Shown here: positions 25,494 to 34,985 of the stretch, one piece after another
Layout of the letters: every line of letters begins with the position of its first letter
How positions within the stretch are numbered: position 1 is the stretch's first letter
Made by a program: the position numbers and the translations under genes
Assembly: GCA_035288965.1 (NCBI GenBank)
Contig: DATDYQ010000048.1
Location: 1-47,666, forward strand
DNA length: 47,666 nucleotides
Origin: Candidatus Nanoarchaeia archaeon
Lineage (GTDB): Archaea > Nanobdellota > Nanobdellia > SCGC-AAA011-G17 > JAGVZF01
Reading direction: 5' to 3'
The notes under the pieces: generated by a model
Databases searched by the model: none
What the model was told of the DNA's origin: nothing
What the model saw: the letters and a program-made list of their open reading frames with translations, nothing else

Positions 25494-26116
25494 CTTTTGA
25501 TATTGGAGAAAAAGTGAAGATTGTAAAAACAGAGGGATTTAATAGAGGATGTTATAGAAATGGACTTTCTTTATTCCAAATTCATCTAGGAACTAAAGGA
25601 GTGATTACAAATATACAAAATAATAAAGATGCTTTTATTTATGTTAGAATAGGGGGAGAGGATTATTCTTTTCTACCAACTGAATTAGCTTATTGTGAAG
25701 AAGGAAAAAGTAAGCATGAAAAGAAAAAATTGGAGAGTTTGCTTATTGCAGAAGAGCCTGTTGATAAAATTAAAAAAGAAAAATCCTTTGATCCGAAGTT
25801 TAATGCAAGAGAAGAGTTTGTTGTTTGGGTAAGGGAAGAATTTCCGGAATTAATGTATCAAAAGGGACATTATGAAATACCTTCTAAAAGAAGAAGAGAA
25901 GTTTATGAAGCTGCAATAGCTGCATGTCGGCATGGTATTGAAACAACTGGAGCTTGTGTGCAAAGGACATTTCAAAATAATTTTAGTAATTTAATGACGG
26001 ATGGTTGCTCAGATCTTGAAGTAAGAATATATAGCATAGTATCTTTAATAGAATGTGTTTCTGCTAATCTGGGAAACGAAAATAGACATTATGGAACAAT
26101 TTTAGCAAGAAAATAA
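25490..26116 (+). CDS. unrecognised family, paralogue 2 (SH3/KOW-like N-domain plus helical module with H-x7-C)
   Basis: 208 aa. Motifs: LLIAEEPVDKIKKEKSFDPKFNAREEFVVWVREEFPEL...RHGIETTGAC...IECVSANLGNENRHYGT. ATGA overlap with the E1 gene. Confidence 0.6.
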   Translation: MTFDIGEKVKIVKTEGFNRGCYRNGLSLFQIHLGTKGVITNIQNNKDAFIYVRIGGEDYSFLPTELAYCEEGKSKHEKKKLESLLIAEEPVDKIKKEKSFDPKFNAREEFVVWVREEFPELMYQKGHYEIPSKRRREVYEAAIAACRHGIETTGACVQRTFQNNFSNLMTDGCSDLEVRIYSIVSLIECVSANLGNENRHYGTILARK

Positions 26117-26120
26117 TAAA

Positions 26121-26858
26121 ATGACTAATGATAAACTAGATGAATTATTAAACGGGAAAGAGCCAGAAGAAAGATTAGAAGTGAATGTTAATCGGGAATT
26201 CAAGCCTAAAATTAATGTGAGAGAAGAATTTGTATTGTGGATCCGTGAACAGTTTCCGGAACTTGGAGAATATATAAAAAAAGGAGGCATATATAAAAGT
26301 TTAGAAACTCGTGAGGAGGAGATTTATCAAGCTGCTCTGGGAGCAGTAAATCATGGTTTAACCTCTACTGAAGATTGTGCAAGCACACGTTTACATTCTG
26401 GATGGGTTGAATTTGAAAAAGGATTTGGGGTAAAGGGAAATCCTAGAAGAAGAGCAAAGAGTTTAGGAAGTTTTGTTAAGGCATTAGAAGACCTCTCAAT
26501 TAGCTTAGGTGGAGACAAACATTATACGAGGGCCGGAAAATTTTTAAATGGTAAACCTTATAGTGATTATTTGTATAGAAATCTGCGAGCTTTTGTTTAT
26601 ATGGTGGGAGAGGAAAATGGCAAGGATACAAAATACCTAGTTTTTGATGTAAAACAAAAATTTGAAGGCAATAATATCCCTGTTTTGATAGGTGAACTTC
26701 GTGGATTATCAAAATGGGATTTTGAAAGTTTAGGGAGAATTGCCTCTAAATTTCAGGGAACTGAGATAGATTTTATTGAAAAGGTTGATAAACTTGTTCC
26801 ACAAAAAGGATCATATGACTATTCACATGGATATTATGGCAGTGTTAAGTATAAGTGA
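26121..26858 (+). CDS. unrecognised family, paralogue 3 (helical module first, then a distinct ~110-aa C-terminal domain)
   Basis: 245 aa. Motifs: LLNGKEPEERLEVNVNREFKPKINVREEFVLWIREQFPEL...NHGLTSTEDC...LEDLSISLGGDKHYT. It starts MTNDK, as the E1 does. Confidence 0.6.
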   Translation: MTNDKLDELLNGKEPEERLEVNVNREFKPKINVREEFVLWIREQFPELGEYIKKGGIYKSLETREEEIYQAALGAVNHGLTSTEDCASTRLHSGWVEFEKGFGVKGNPRRRAKSLGSFVKALEDLSISLGGDKHYTRAGKFLNGKPYSDYLYRNLRAFVYMVGEENGKDTKYLVFDVKQKFEGNNIPVLIGELRGLSKWDFESLGRIASKFQGTEIDFIEKVDKLVPQKGSYDYSHGYYGSVKYK

Positions 26859-26985
26859 AACAACCATTCTTGGTAAAATAAATTTTTATGATAAAAAATA
26901 TTGTGGTAGATGATTTTTGGTAGGTGAATTTTAATATCTTTTATAATTCATAAAATTAATAAATAAGTTGTGTTAACTATTGTTA

Positions 26986-27168
26986 ATGGAGGTGAAAAAC
27001 TTGAGAAAAGGATTAATAAAAATTACTTGTGATCCAAAAAACTGTGGGTTTATGGTGAGAAGTCATAATAAAAATGAATTAATAAGTTTGGCTCAAAATC
27101 ATGTTAAAAAGATACATCATAAAAGTGTTCCTACAGCAGAAATGAAAAAAATGATAAAAAAAGCTTAA
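26986..27168 (+). CDS. DUF1059-like small protein
   Basis: The layout ...ITCDPKNCGFMVRSHNKNELISLAQNHVKKIHH... resembles DUF1059. The ORF-track start at 26980 is a TTG, and ATG 26986 follows taatggaggtg. Confidence 0.55.
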   Translation: MEVKNLRKGLIKITCDPKNCGFMVRSHNKNELISLAQNHVKKIHHKSVPTAEMKKMIKKA

Positions 27169-27190
27169 TTTTTTTTTTCTTTTATTTTAT
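27169..27190 (+). terminator. oligo-T terminator
   Basis: A T10 run begins immediately after the stop codon, followed by further T tracts. Confidence 0.5.
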
Positions 27191-27381
27191 CTATAAATGT
27201 GTTGATTTCATATTTATTGCAATACTTAAATAACCGAAAACTATATATATTACTAATTTGCCCAATTTTCTTACTAATGTTTCTCTATCCAACGAATAAT
27301 CACAAGAGCACTGGTCTATGCGATGTTTCTGCTATTTTATCGATAATAAAAGAAGATAATATAAGCAGTAAATTTAAACGC

Positions 27382-27455
27382 GGGCCGGTAGCTCAGCTTG
27401 GTAGAGCACCTGACTTTTAATCAGGTGGTCGTGGGTTCAAATCCCATCCGGCTCA
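27382..27455 (+). tRNA. tRNA-Lys (anticodon TTT)
   Basis: Acceptor GGGCCGG/CCGGCTC, D arm GCTC-AGCTTGGTA-GAGC, anticodon stem CCTGA/TCAGG with loop CTTTTAA, T arm GTGGG-TTCAAAT-CCCAT. Confidence 0.9.
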
Positions 27456-27463
27456 TACACAAA

Positions 27464-27709
27464 ATGAAGAAAGAACTAAACATAGTAGGTCATGGCTTGG
27501 TCCCGAAGCATTTTAAATTAAGTGAAGAAGAGAAAAAAGAACTTCTGGAAAAATATAATATTGGATTAACACAATTGCCAAAAATCTATGATAATGATCC
27601 TATGATCAAAATAATGGGAGATGTTAAAATAGGTGATATTGTTAAAATAGAGAGAGATAGTCCAACAGCTGGAAAAGGTATTTTTTATAGAGTGGTGGTG
27701 CATGGTTAA
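27464..27709 (+). CDS. rpoH: RNA polymerase subunit H (Rpb5 homologue)
   Basis: Motifs: HGLVPKHFKLSEEEKKELLEKYNI...QLPKI...DP...GDIVKIERDSPTAG...YRVVV. The ORF-track start at 27398 lies inside tRNA-Lys. I use ATG 27464. Confidence 0.85.
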   Translation: MKKELNIVGHGLVPKHFKLSEEEKKELLEKYNIGLTQLPKIYDNDPMIKIMGDVKIGDIVKIERDSPTAGKGIFYRVVVHG

Positions 27710-29192
27710 AGATTATCAATTAATATTGGGAAAATATTTCGATAAACATTCTTTTGTAGATAGCAATATAAGAAGCTATAATAATTTTGTGGAAAAAGGA
27801 ATGCAAAAGATAGTTAATGAGACTTCTGAGATTATTCCAACAATTATTCCACAGGAAGTTGAAAACTTCAAGATAAAGTTAAATAAAATATGGGCGGAAA
27901 AACCACAAATAACTGAAGCTGATGGAAGTAAAAGAAATGTTTATCCTATGGAAGCTAGGTTAAGAAAATTAACATATTCTGCTCCCTTGTTTTTGGAAGT
28001 AGCTGCACATATAGATAATGTTCAGCGTGAATCATTTACAACTGAAGTTGGAAAATTACCTGTAATGTTAAAAAGCAAATACTGCCATTTATACGGACTA
28101 AAAAGAGAAGAGTTAATTGAACATGGAGAAGATCCTGATGATAAAGGAGGATATTTCATATTAAATGGAAATGAAAGGGTGTTAATTACAGTTGAAGATT
28201 TAGCTGCAAATAAAATGTTTATCAATGAGGGCAGTTCGGGACCAAGCAAATATACTGCTAAGATATTTTCTGAAAGGGGAAGTTATAGAATTCCACATAC
28301 AATTGAACAGATGAAAGATGGAATAATTTATTTATCATTCACAAGATTCAGAAGAGTTCCAATAATTGCTGTGATAAAAGCCTTGGGATTGATTAGGGAT
28401 GAGGAAATTGTAAGATTTATTTCAGAAGAAAAACAATATGATGATGTTTTTGTAAATCTAGTTAATTCAGTTGAAATAAAAAATCAAAATGATGCACTAG
28501 AATTCTTATCAAAAAGAATTGGATTAACACAACCAAAAGAACAGAGAGATGAAAAAACATATGAACAATTAGATAAATATCTATTGCCTCATCTAGGAAT
28601 TACTTCAAAAGAAAGAATATGGAAAGCTTATAATTTATGTAAATGTATTAAGAAATATTTGATGGTGGTAAGAGATGGAGTTGAACTGCCTGACAAAGAT
28701 CATTATATGAATAAAAGATTAAAATTAAGTGGAGATTTATTAGGAGATTTATTTAGGGTTAATTTAAGAGCTTTAGTACAAGATATGTTATATAACTTCC
28801 AGAGATTAGTCAAAAGAGGAAAATTCCATTCTATTAAGATTATTATAAGAGATAAATTATTAACATCTAGAATTAAAAGCGCGATGGCAACTGGATCATG
28901 GGTTGGTGGAAGAAAAGGAATTAGTCAGAATATAGATAGAACAAATGATTTAGCAACATTATCACACTTACAAAGAGTTGTTTCATTATTAACAAGTACA
29001 CAAGAGAATTTTGAGGCAAGAGCATTACATTCTACTCATTGGGGAAGATTATGCCCTATAGAAACTCCTGAGGGAACACCAATTGGATTAAGAAAGAATT
29101 TAGCTTTTATGGCAAGCATAGCTCAAGAAGAATATAGTGAAGATAAGTTGAAAAAAACATTGGAGGCTGCTGGTTTAAAATTAATATCATAA
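27702..29192 (+). CDS. rpoB2: RNA polymerase subunit B'' (N-terminal part of split RpoB)
   Basis: The Rpb2 N-terminal region is present, e.g. GGYFILNGNERVLI and LSHLQRV...HWGRLCPIETPEG. It sits in the operon position after rpoH. Confidence 0.9.
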   Translation: MVKDYQLILGKYFDKHSFVDSNIRSYNNFVEKGMQKIVNETSEIIPTIIPQEVENFKIKLNKIWAEKPQITEADGSKRNVYPMEARLRKLTYSAPLFLEVAAHIDNVQRESFTTEVGKLPVMLKSKYCHLYGLKREELIEHGEDPDDKGGYFILNGNERVLITVEDLAANKMFINEGSSGPSKYTAKIFSERGSYRIPHTIEQMKDGIIYLSFTRFRRVPIIAVIKALGLIRDEEIVRFISEEKQYDDVFVNLVNSVEIKNQNDALEFLSKRIGLTQPKEQRDEKTYEQLDKYLLPHLGITSKERIWKAYNLCKCIKKYLMVVRDGVELPDKDHYMNKRLKLSGDLLGDLFRVNLRALVQDMLYNFQRLVKRGKFHSIKIIIRDKLLTSRIKSAMATGSWVGGRKGISQNIDRTNDLATLSHLQRVVSLLTSTQENFEARALHSTHWGRLCPIETPEGTPIGLRKNLAFMASIAQEEYSEDKLKKTLEAAGLKLIS

Positions 29193-29193
29193 A

Positions 29194-30996
29194 ATGACGG
29201 ACGTATACCTAGATGATGTTTATATTGGAACTGTAGAAAAGGCTAAGGAATTTGTAGACAAAGTAAGAGAGGATAGAAGAACTGCAAAAATTCCAGGAAT
29301 TATTAATATAGGATATAATGAAGATTTTGATGAAATATTGATAGAAACATCAAGGGGTAGAGCAAGAAGACCTTTAATTGTTGTTGAGAATGGAAAATCA
29401 AAATTAACAGATGAAATCTTACAGAAATTACAAAAAAATGAGATGGACTGGAAAGATTTAGTTGAACAAGGAATGATTGAATATTTGGATGCTACTGAAG
29501 AGGAAAATTCTTATGTATCTTTAAAAGAAGAGGACTTAACAAAAGAACATACCCATCTTGAGATTAGTCCGATAACAATTTTAGGAGTTTGTACATCGAT
29601 AGTTCCGTATGCAAATCACGGTGGAAGTTCTAGATTAATTAGAGGAAGTAAGATTCAAAGACAGGCTTTAGGATTATATGCTGCTAATTTCTTGCTAAGA
29701 ATGGATACAGATGCTAGTGTGTTACATTATCCTCAAAGACCAATTGTAAATACATTTATGCACGGTGTTTACGGATATGACAAACATCCTGCTGGGCAAA
29801 ATATTATAATAGCTATAATGAGTTATCAAGGATATAACATGCAGGACGCTACTATATTTAATAAAGGTAGTATTGACAGAGGATTAGGAAGAAGTTCATA
29901 TTTCAGACCATATTTAATAGAAGAATTAAGATATTCTGGTGGATTAACAGATGATGTATGCATTCCAGACAAGGAAGTTAAAGGATATAAAGCAGAGAAA
30001 GATTATAGATTATTAGAAAAAGATGGAATAATATATACTGGAGCTGAAGTTAAAGAAGATGATGTTTTGGTCGGAAAAACAAGTCCACCAAGATTTTTAG
30101 GAGAATTAGAAGAATTTAGTGTTGCTGCAAATGTTAGAAGAGAGAGCAGTGCTTCTGTTAAACATGGAGAAGCTGGAAAAGTTGATATGATAATAATGAC
30201 TGAAAATGAAGAGGGTAATAGAATTGTGCAAGTAAGATTAAGAGATCAAAGAATACCTGAAGTAGGAGATAAATTTGCTTCAAGATATGGACAAAAGGGA
30301 GTTATTGGTATGTTAGTAAGCCAAGAAGATATGCCATTTACAGCTGCGGGAGTTGTGCCTGATATTTTGTTTTCACCTCATGGAATTCCAAGCAGAATGA
30401 CAATTAATCACATGATAGAAATTGTAGCTGGAAAAGTTGGAGCTTTGAGAGGTGAATATATTAGGGGAACAACATTTGACTCTGAACCTGAAGCTGAATT
30501 AAGAAAACAATTACTTGAGCTTGGTTTTAGGGATAATGGAACTGAAACAATGTATAATGGAATAACTGGAGAAATGTTTGAAGCAAGAATTTATGTGGGG
30601 AATATATTTTACTTGAAATTAAAACATATGGTAGCTAATAAATTACACTCAAGAGCATCTGGAAGAATACAATTATTAACAAGACAGCCAATAGAAGGAA
30701 GAAGCAAAGGCGGTGGATTAAGAATTGGAGAGATGGAGAAAGATTGTTTTGTTGCTCATGGAGCTTCATTATTATTAAAAGAAAGATTTGATTCTGATAA
30801 AACATTATTATATGTTTGCGAGAATTGCGGAATGATAGCAATATATGATAGTTATAAAAATAAAAAATATTGTCCGAAGTGCGGAAGTAATGTTAATATT
30901 AGTGCGGTTGAAATAAGCTATGCATTCAAACTATTATTAGATGAATTAAAATCAATGGTTGTTTATCCAAAATTGGAGTTAAAAAGCAAATACTAA
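29194..30996 (+). CDS. rpoB1: RNA polymerase subunit B' (C-terminal part of split RpoB)
   Basis: Motifs: GDKFASRYGQKG, PDILFSPHGIPSRMTI, GEMEKDC, and a C-terminal Zn ribbon CENCG...CPKCG. Confidence 0.9.
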   Translation: MTDVYLDDVYIGTVEKAKEFVDKVREDRRTAKIPGIINIGYNEDFDEILIETSRGRARRPLIVVENGKSKLTDEILQKLQKNEMDWKDLVEQGMIEYLDATEEENSYVSLKEEDLTKEHTHLEISPITILGVCTSIVPYANHGGSSRLIRGSKIQRQALGLYAANFLLRMDTDASVLHYPQRPIVNTFMHGVYGYDKHPAGQNIIIAIMSYQGYNMQDATIFNKGSIDRGLGRSSYFRPYLIEELRYSGGLTDDVCIPDKEVKGYKAEKDYRLLEKDGIIYTGAEVKEDDVLVGKTSPPRFLGELEEFSVAANVRRESSASVKHGEAGKVDMIIMTENEEGNRIVQVRLRDQRIPEVGDKFASRYGQKGVIGMLVSQEDMPFTAAGVVPDILFSPHGIPSRMTINHMIEIVAGKVGALRGEYIRGTTFDSEPEAELRKQLLELGFRDNGTETMYNGITGEMFEARIYVGNIFYLKLKHMVANKLHSRASGRIQLLTRQPIEGRSKGGGLRIGEMEKDCFVAHGASLLLKERFDSDKTLLYVCENCGMIAIYDSYKNKKYCPKCGSNVNISAVEISYAFKLLLDELKSMVVYPKLELKSKY

Positions 30997-30997
30997 A

Positions 30998-33586
30998 ATG
31001 GTAGAATATGTTTATAAGAAAATAGGAAGTATAACTTTTGGATTATTTAGTGCAAAACAGATTAAAAAAATAGCTGCTGTAAAAGTTGTAACTCCTGAAC
31101 TATATGATAAGGAAGGTTATCCTGTTGATGGAGGATTGATGGATGTTAGACTGGGAGTTATAGATCCCGGATTAAGATGTAAAACTTGTGGTGGAAAATT
31201 AAAAGAATGTATTGGTCATTTTGGTTATATTGAATTGGCAAGACCTGTAATACACATAAAATATATTAATCATATTCTAAGTTTTTTAAGAAGTTGCTGC
31301 AGAGAATGTGGAAGAGCTTTGGCTGAAGAGGGAAAAATAGAAGCCATGGTTGAACAACTTGGCATTATAGAAAAAGAAAAGGGAGTTGAGGCAAGAAGAG
31401 CTTTAGTAAAAGAATTTTTATCAGAAACAAGAGCTGTTAAGAAATGTCCTTATTGCCAATCAAAACAATTTGATGTTAAACTGGAAAAACCAAGCACAAT
31501 AATGGAAGATGATAAAAGAGTAAGCCCAATAGAGATAAGAGCAAGATTAGAAAAAATCCCAGATAAAGATGTTGTTGCTTTGGGGGTTAACCCAGCATAC
31601 GCAAGGCCTGAGTGGATGGTGTTAACTGTAATGCCGATTCCTCCTGTAACTACAAGACCAAGTATTACATTAGAAACAGGAGAGAGAAGCGAAGATGATT
31701 TAACACATAAACTTGGAGATATAGTAAGAATAAATCAAAGATTGTTTGAAAATATAAATGCAGGAGCTCCTGAAATTATTATAGAAGATTTATGGGATTT
31801 ATTACAATACCATGTAACAACTTATTTTGATAATTCAATAACTCAAGTTCCTCCAGCAAGACATAGAAGCGGACAACCATTAAAAACTTTAACAGAAAGA
31901 ATAAAAAGTAAAGAGGGAAGAATAAGACATAACTTAGCAGGAAAGAGAGTTAACTATGCTGCTAGAACTGTTATTAGTCCTGATCCTAAGATTAAATTTA
32001 ATGAAGTTGGGGTTCCTTTGATTGTTGCGATGGAATTAACTGTTCCTGAAATGGTAACAGAATGGAACATGAAAAGATTGAAGGAATTTATCAAAAGAGG
32101 ACCAACACAATATCCAGGAAGCAATTATGTTGTAAGACCGGATGGAAAGAAAAAGAAAATTACAGATGAAACAAGAGAACAATTGTTAGAGGAATTACAA
32201 CCCGGATATATTGTTGAAAGACATTTAATGGATGGAGATATTGCAATATTTAACAGACAGCCAAGTTTGCATAGAATGTCAATTATGTGTCATAAAGTTA
32301 AGATATTGCCTGGAAGAAGTTTCAGATTAAACCCAGCTGTATGTACTCCTTATAATGCAGATTTCGATGGAGATGAAATGAATTTACATATTCCACAAAA
32401 TGAAGAATCTAGGGCAGAAGCGGAAATATTAATGCAAGTTCAGTATCACATTATAACTCCAAAAAATGGATTAAATATTGTTGGATGTATAGATGATAGC
32501 GTTGTTGGAAATTATTTATTAACAAGAGAATTAGAATTTGATAGGGAAGATGCTGTTGAATTATTATTGGCTATTGGTGTTGATAAAAGTGAGAGATTTA
32601 AGAAATTTGGAAAGAAAGTTGGTGGAAAAGAAGTGTTTAGTTGTTTACTGCCTGATGATTTTGAATTTATCGGAAAAAGCAAAAATGCTGATCTAACAGG
32701 AAATAAGGATGTAGTAATAAAGAGTGGAAGTTTGATTAAAGGAGTTATTGACAAAGCTACGATAGGAGAGGATAATGGAAGCTTGATTAGAAGCTTATAT
32801 GCTAAATATGATGAAGATACAGGAATTGTAATATTAAGCAACATTTTCAAATTGGGAATTCAGGTATTGTTTAAGGTTGGATTTACAACTGCAATATCTG
32901 ACACTGATTTACCTGAAAAAGTAAAGGCAAAATGTGATGAACTAATACAAGATGCTTATAATCAGGTTAATCAATTTATTGAAGATTATTTAAAGGAAAG
33001 ATTAGAAGCTATTCCTGGATTAAATGAAAAAGAAACTTTAGAAGTAAAAATAATTGAAGTATTAAATAAGGTAAGAAATTTGGTTGGAGAGCAGGTTCAA
33101 AGCATAGCTGATGATAAGAATCCAACTATAATAATGGCAAGATCTGGAGCTACAGGAAATATATTGAATCTAGCTCAGATGTCAAGTTGCGTTGGACAAC
33201 ATGCATTAAGGGGTGGAAGAATAAGCAAAGGATTTAGAGGAAGAACCTTGCCAATTTTTAAACCAGGGGATTTATCTCCAGCGGCTAGAGGTTTTGTTAA
33301 GGATGGATTTAAAAAAGGACTTAATCCTTATGAATTTTTCTTTGGAGCTATGACTGGAAGAGATAGTTTAATGGATACTGCATTGAGAACTCCAAAATCA
33401 GGATATTTGTATAGAAGATTGGCTAATGCATTGCAGGATTTAAGAGTGGAATATGATAATACTGTAAGAGATGCTAATAAAACAATAATGCAATTTGTTT
33501 ATGGTGATGATGGAATCGATGTAAGCAAAAGTGAAGGCGGAAAGATTAATGTTAAAAAAATAATTAAAGAGGTTATGGGCAAATAA
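30998..33586 (+). CDS. rpoA1: RNA polymerase subunit A'
   Basis: It has the Rpb1 N-terminal Zn motifs, the active-site [10 protein letters not shown], and RQPSLHRMS. Confidence 0.92.
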   Translation: MVEYVYKKIGSITFGLFSAKQIKKIAAVKVVTPELYDKEGYPVDGGLMDVRLGVIDPGLRCKTCGGKLKECIGHFGYIELARPVIHIKYINHILSFLRSCCRECGRALAEEGKIEAMVEQLGIIEKEKGVEARRALVKEFLSETRAVKKCPYCQSKQFDVKLEKPSTIMEDDKRVSPIEIRARLEKIPDKDVVALGVNPAYARPEWMVLTVMPIPPVTTRPSITLETGERSEDDLTHKLGDIVRINQRLFENINAGAPEIIIEDLWDLLQYHVTTYFDNSITQVPPARHRSGQPLKTLTERIKSKEGRIRHNLAGKRVNYAARTVISPDPKIKFNEVGVPLIVAMELTVPEMVTEWNMKRLKEFIKRGPTQYPGSNYVVRPDGKKKKITDETREQLLEELQPGYIVERHLMDGDIAIFNRQPSLHRMSIMCHKVKILPGRSFRLNPAVCTPYNADFDGDEMNLHIPQNEESRAEAEILMQVQYHIITPKNGLNIVGCIDDSVVGNYLLTRELEFDREDAVELLLAIGVDKSERFKKFGKKVGGKEVFSCLLPDDFEFIGKSKNADLTGNKDVVIKSGSLIKGVIDKATIGEDNGSLIRSLYAKYDEDTGIVILSNIFKLGIQVLFKVGFTTAISDTDLPEKVKAKCDELIQDAYNQVNQFIEDYLKERLEAIPGLNEKETLEVKIIEVLNKVRNLVGEQVQSIADDKNPTIIMARSGATGNILNLAQMSSCVGQHALRGGRISKGFRGRTLPIFKPGDLSPAARGFVKDGFKKGLNPYEFFFGAMTGRDSLMDTALRTPKSGYLYRRLANALQDLRVEYDNTVRDANKTIMQFVYGDDGIDVSKSEGGKINVKKIIKEVMGK

Positions 33587-33587
33587 A

Positions 33588-34733
33588 ATGGCAAAAAGTG
33601 TTTATGATGAGTATGAAGAAATGTTACCTGGGAAATTATTAGAAGATGTAAAAAATGAATGCCAAGAAGAAAGATTGAGTGCAGCAGATGCTAAAAAAGT
33701 TTTGGAAAGTGTAAAAGATGCTTATGAAAAAGCAAAAATAAGTCCAGGGGAGGCTATAGGAATTATAACGGCTGAAAGTTTTGGAGAACCTGGAACACAG
33801 ATGATATTAAGAACATTCCACTTTGCAGGTGTTTCTGAATTAAATGTCACTCTTGGATTACCAAGATTAATTGAAATTTTTGATGCTAGGAAGGAACCTA
33901 GTACACCTAGAATGGATATTTATTTGAAAGCAAAATACAACAAAGATCCTAAACTTGCCAGGAAAATAGCTGCAAGAATAAAAGAAACCAAATTAAAAGA
34001 AATTGTAACTGAATTTAGTATTAACTTGGGAAATGCTGCAGTTGAAGCTAAAATTGATCAGAAAAAGATAAAAGATCTAGGTTTAGAATTAAGCGAAGTT
34101 GTAAAAATATTAAATATAAACACAAAATTGTTTAATGCTAAAGAAGAAAGGGGTAATTTAATATTAAGTCCAAAGGGAAGTCAGAATAATTTGAGCGAAG
34201 TCTTTAGAATAAAAGAGAAAGCTAAGGACATAGTAATTGGTGGGATAAAAGGAATAGGTCAAGTTCTGCCTGTAAAAAAAGATAATGAATTTATGATAAT
34301 ATGTTCAGGAAGTAATTTAAAAGAAGTTTTACAATTAGAAGAAATTGATGAAAAAAATACAACAAGTAATAATATAATAGAAATTTTAAATGTTTTAGGC
34401 ATTGAAGCTGCAAGACAAGCTATAATAAATGAATCTTTAAGAGTTATTGAAGATCAAGGATTGGATATTGATATAAGACATATAATGTTTTTAGCTGATG
34501 TCATGACAATTACTGGAGAGGTTAATGGAGTTAGCAGGGGAGGAATAACAGGAGAAAAAGAGAGTGTATTGGCAAGAGCAAGTTTTGAAACTCCTATAAA
34601 ACATATCATTAATGCTTCTTTAATAGGTGAAAGAGATAATTTAAATAGTGTAATAGAAAATGTTTTATTAAATCAGCCTGTGCCATTGGGAACCGGATTA
34701 CCTGGGTTAATAGCAAAGATGAAGAAAAAATGA
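33588..34733 (+). CDS. rpoA2: RNA polymerase subunit A''
   Basis: Rpb1 C-terminal region (trigger loop): [28 protein letters not shown]. It follows rpoA' in the operon. Confidence 0.9.
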   Translation: MAKSVYDEYEEMLPGKLLEDVKNECQEERLSAADAKKVLESVKDAYEKAKISPGEAIGIITAESFGEPGTQMILRTFHFAGVSELNVTLGLPRLIEIFDARKEPSTPRMDIYLKAKYNKDPKLARKIAARIKETKLKEIVTEFSINLGNAAVEAKIDQKKIKDLGLELSEVVKILNINTKLFNAKEERGNLILSPKGSQNNLSEVFRIKEKAKDIVIGGIKGIGQVLPVKKDNEFMIICSGSNLKEVLQLEEIDEKNTTSNNIIEILNVLGIEAARQAIINESLRVIEDQGLDIDIRHIMFLADVMTITGEVNGVSRGGITGEKESVLARASFETPIKHIINASLIGERDNLNSVIENVLLNQPVPLGTGLPGLIAKMKKK

Positions 34734-34984
34734 GCATTGAAAATTTAAAAAAGGCATTGAAAGAAGAAAAGTTAATTTATGGTAAAGATGAAACCTTAAA
34801 AAAAATAAAAAGTGGAAAGGTAAGTGAAGTTTTTTTATCATCTAACTGTCCTAAAGAGTTAAAGGAAGATATTCTTCATTATTCTAAAATAGCCAATATA
34901 AAAGTAGATCAATTAGATGTTCCAAATGATGAGCTTGGAATTATATGTAAAAAACCATTTTCAATTTCGGTAGCTTGTTATTAA
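34730..34984 (+). CDS. rpl30e: ribosomal protein L30e
   Basis: 84-aa L7Ae/L30e-fold protein ([28 protein letters not shown]...). It occupies the conserved slot between rpoA'' and nusA. Confidence 0.75.
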   Translation: MSIENLKKALKEEKLIYGKDETLKKIKSGKVSEVFLSSNCPKELKEDILHYSKIANIKVDQLDVPNDELGIICKKPFSISVACY

Positions 34985-34985
34985 T

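Noticed and set aside
20766-26712. Nested or antisense ORFs inside the Ubl operon (20766-21014 +, 22658-22858 -, 26102-26290 -, 26500-26712 -).
   Set aside because: Each lies within a longer ORF that has recognisable motifs or paralogue conservation. None has any signal of its own.
20378-26858. Searched the operon for a canonical UBC-fold E2 (HPN...C), a RING or other E3, and 20S proteasome subunits.
   Set aside because: None was recognisable by eye in any of the seven proteins or the flanking ORFs. Absence from this window does not prove absence from the genome.
27199-27463. ORF-track entries 27199-27420 and the 5' extension of 27398-27709.
   Set aside because: They read straight through tRNA-Lys (27382-27455). 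rpoH starts at ATG 27464.
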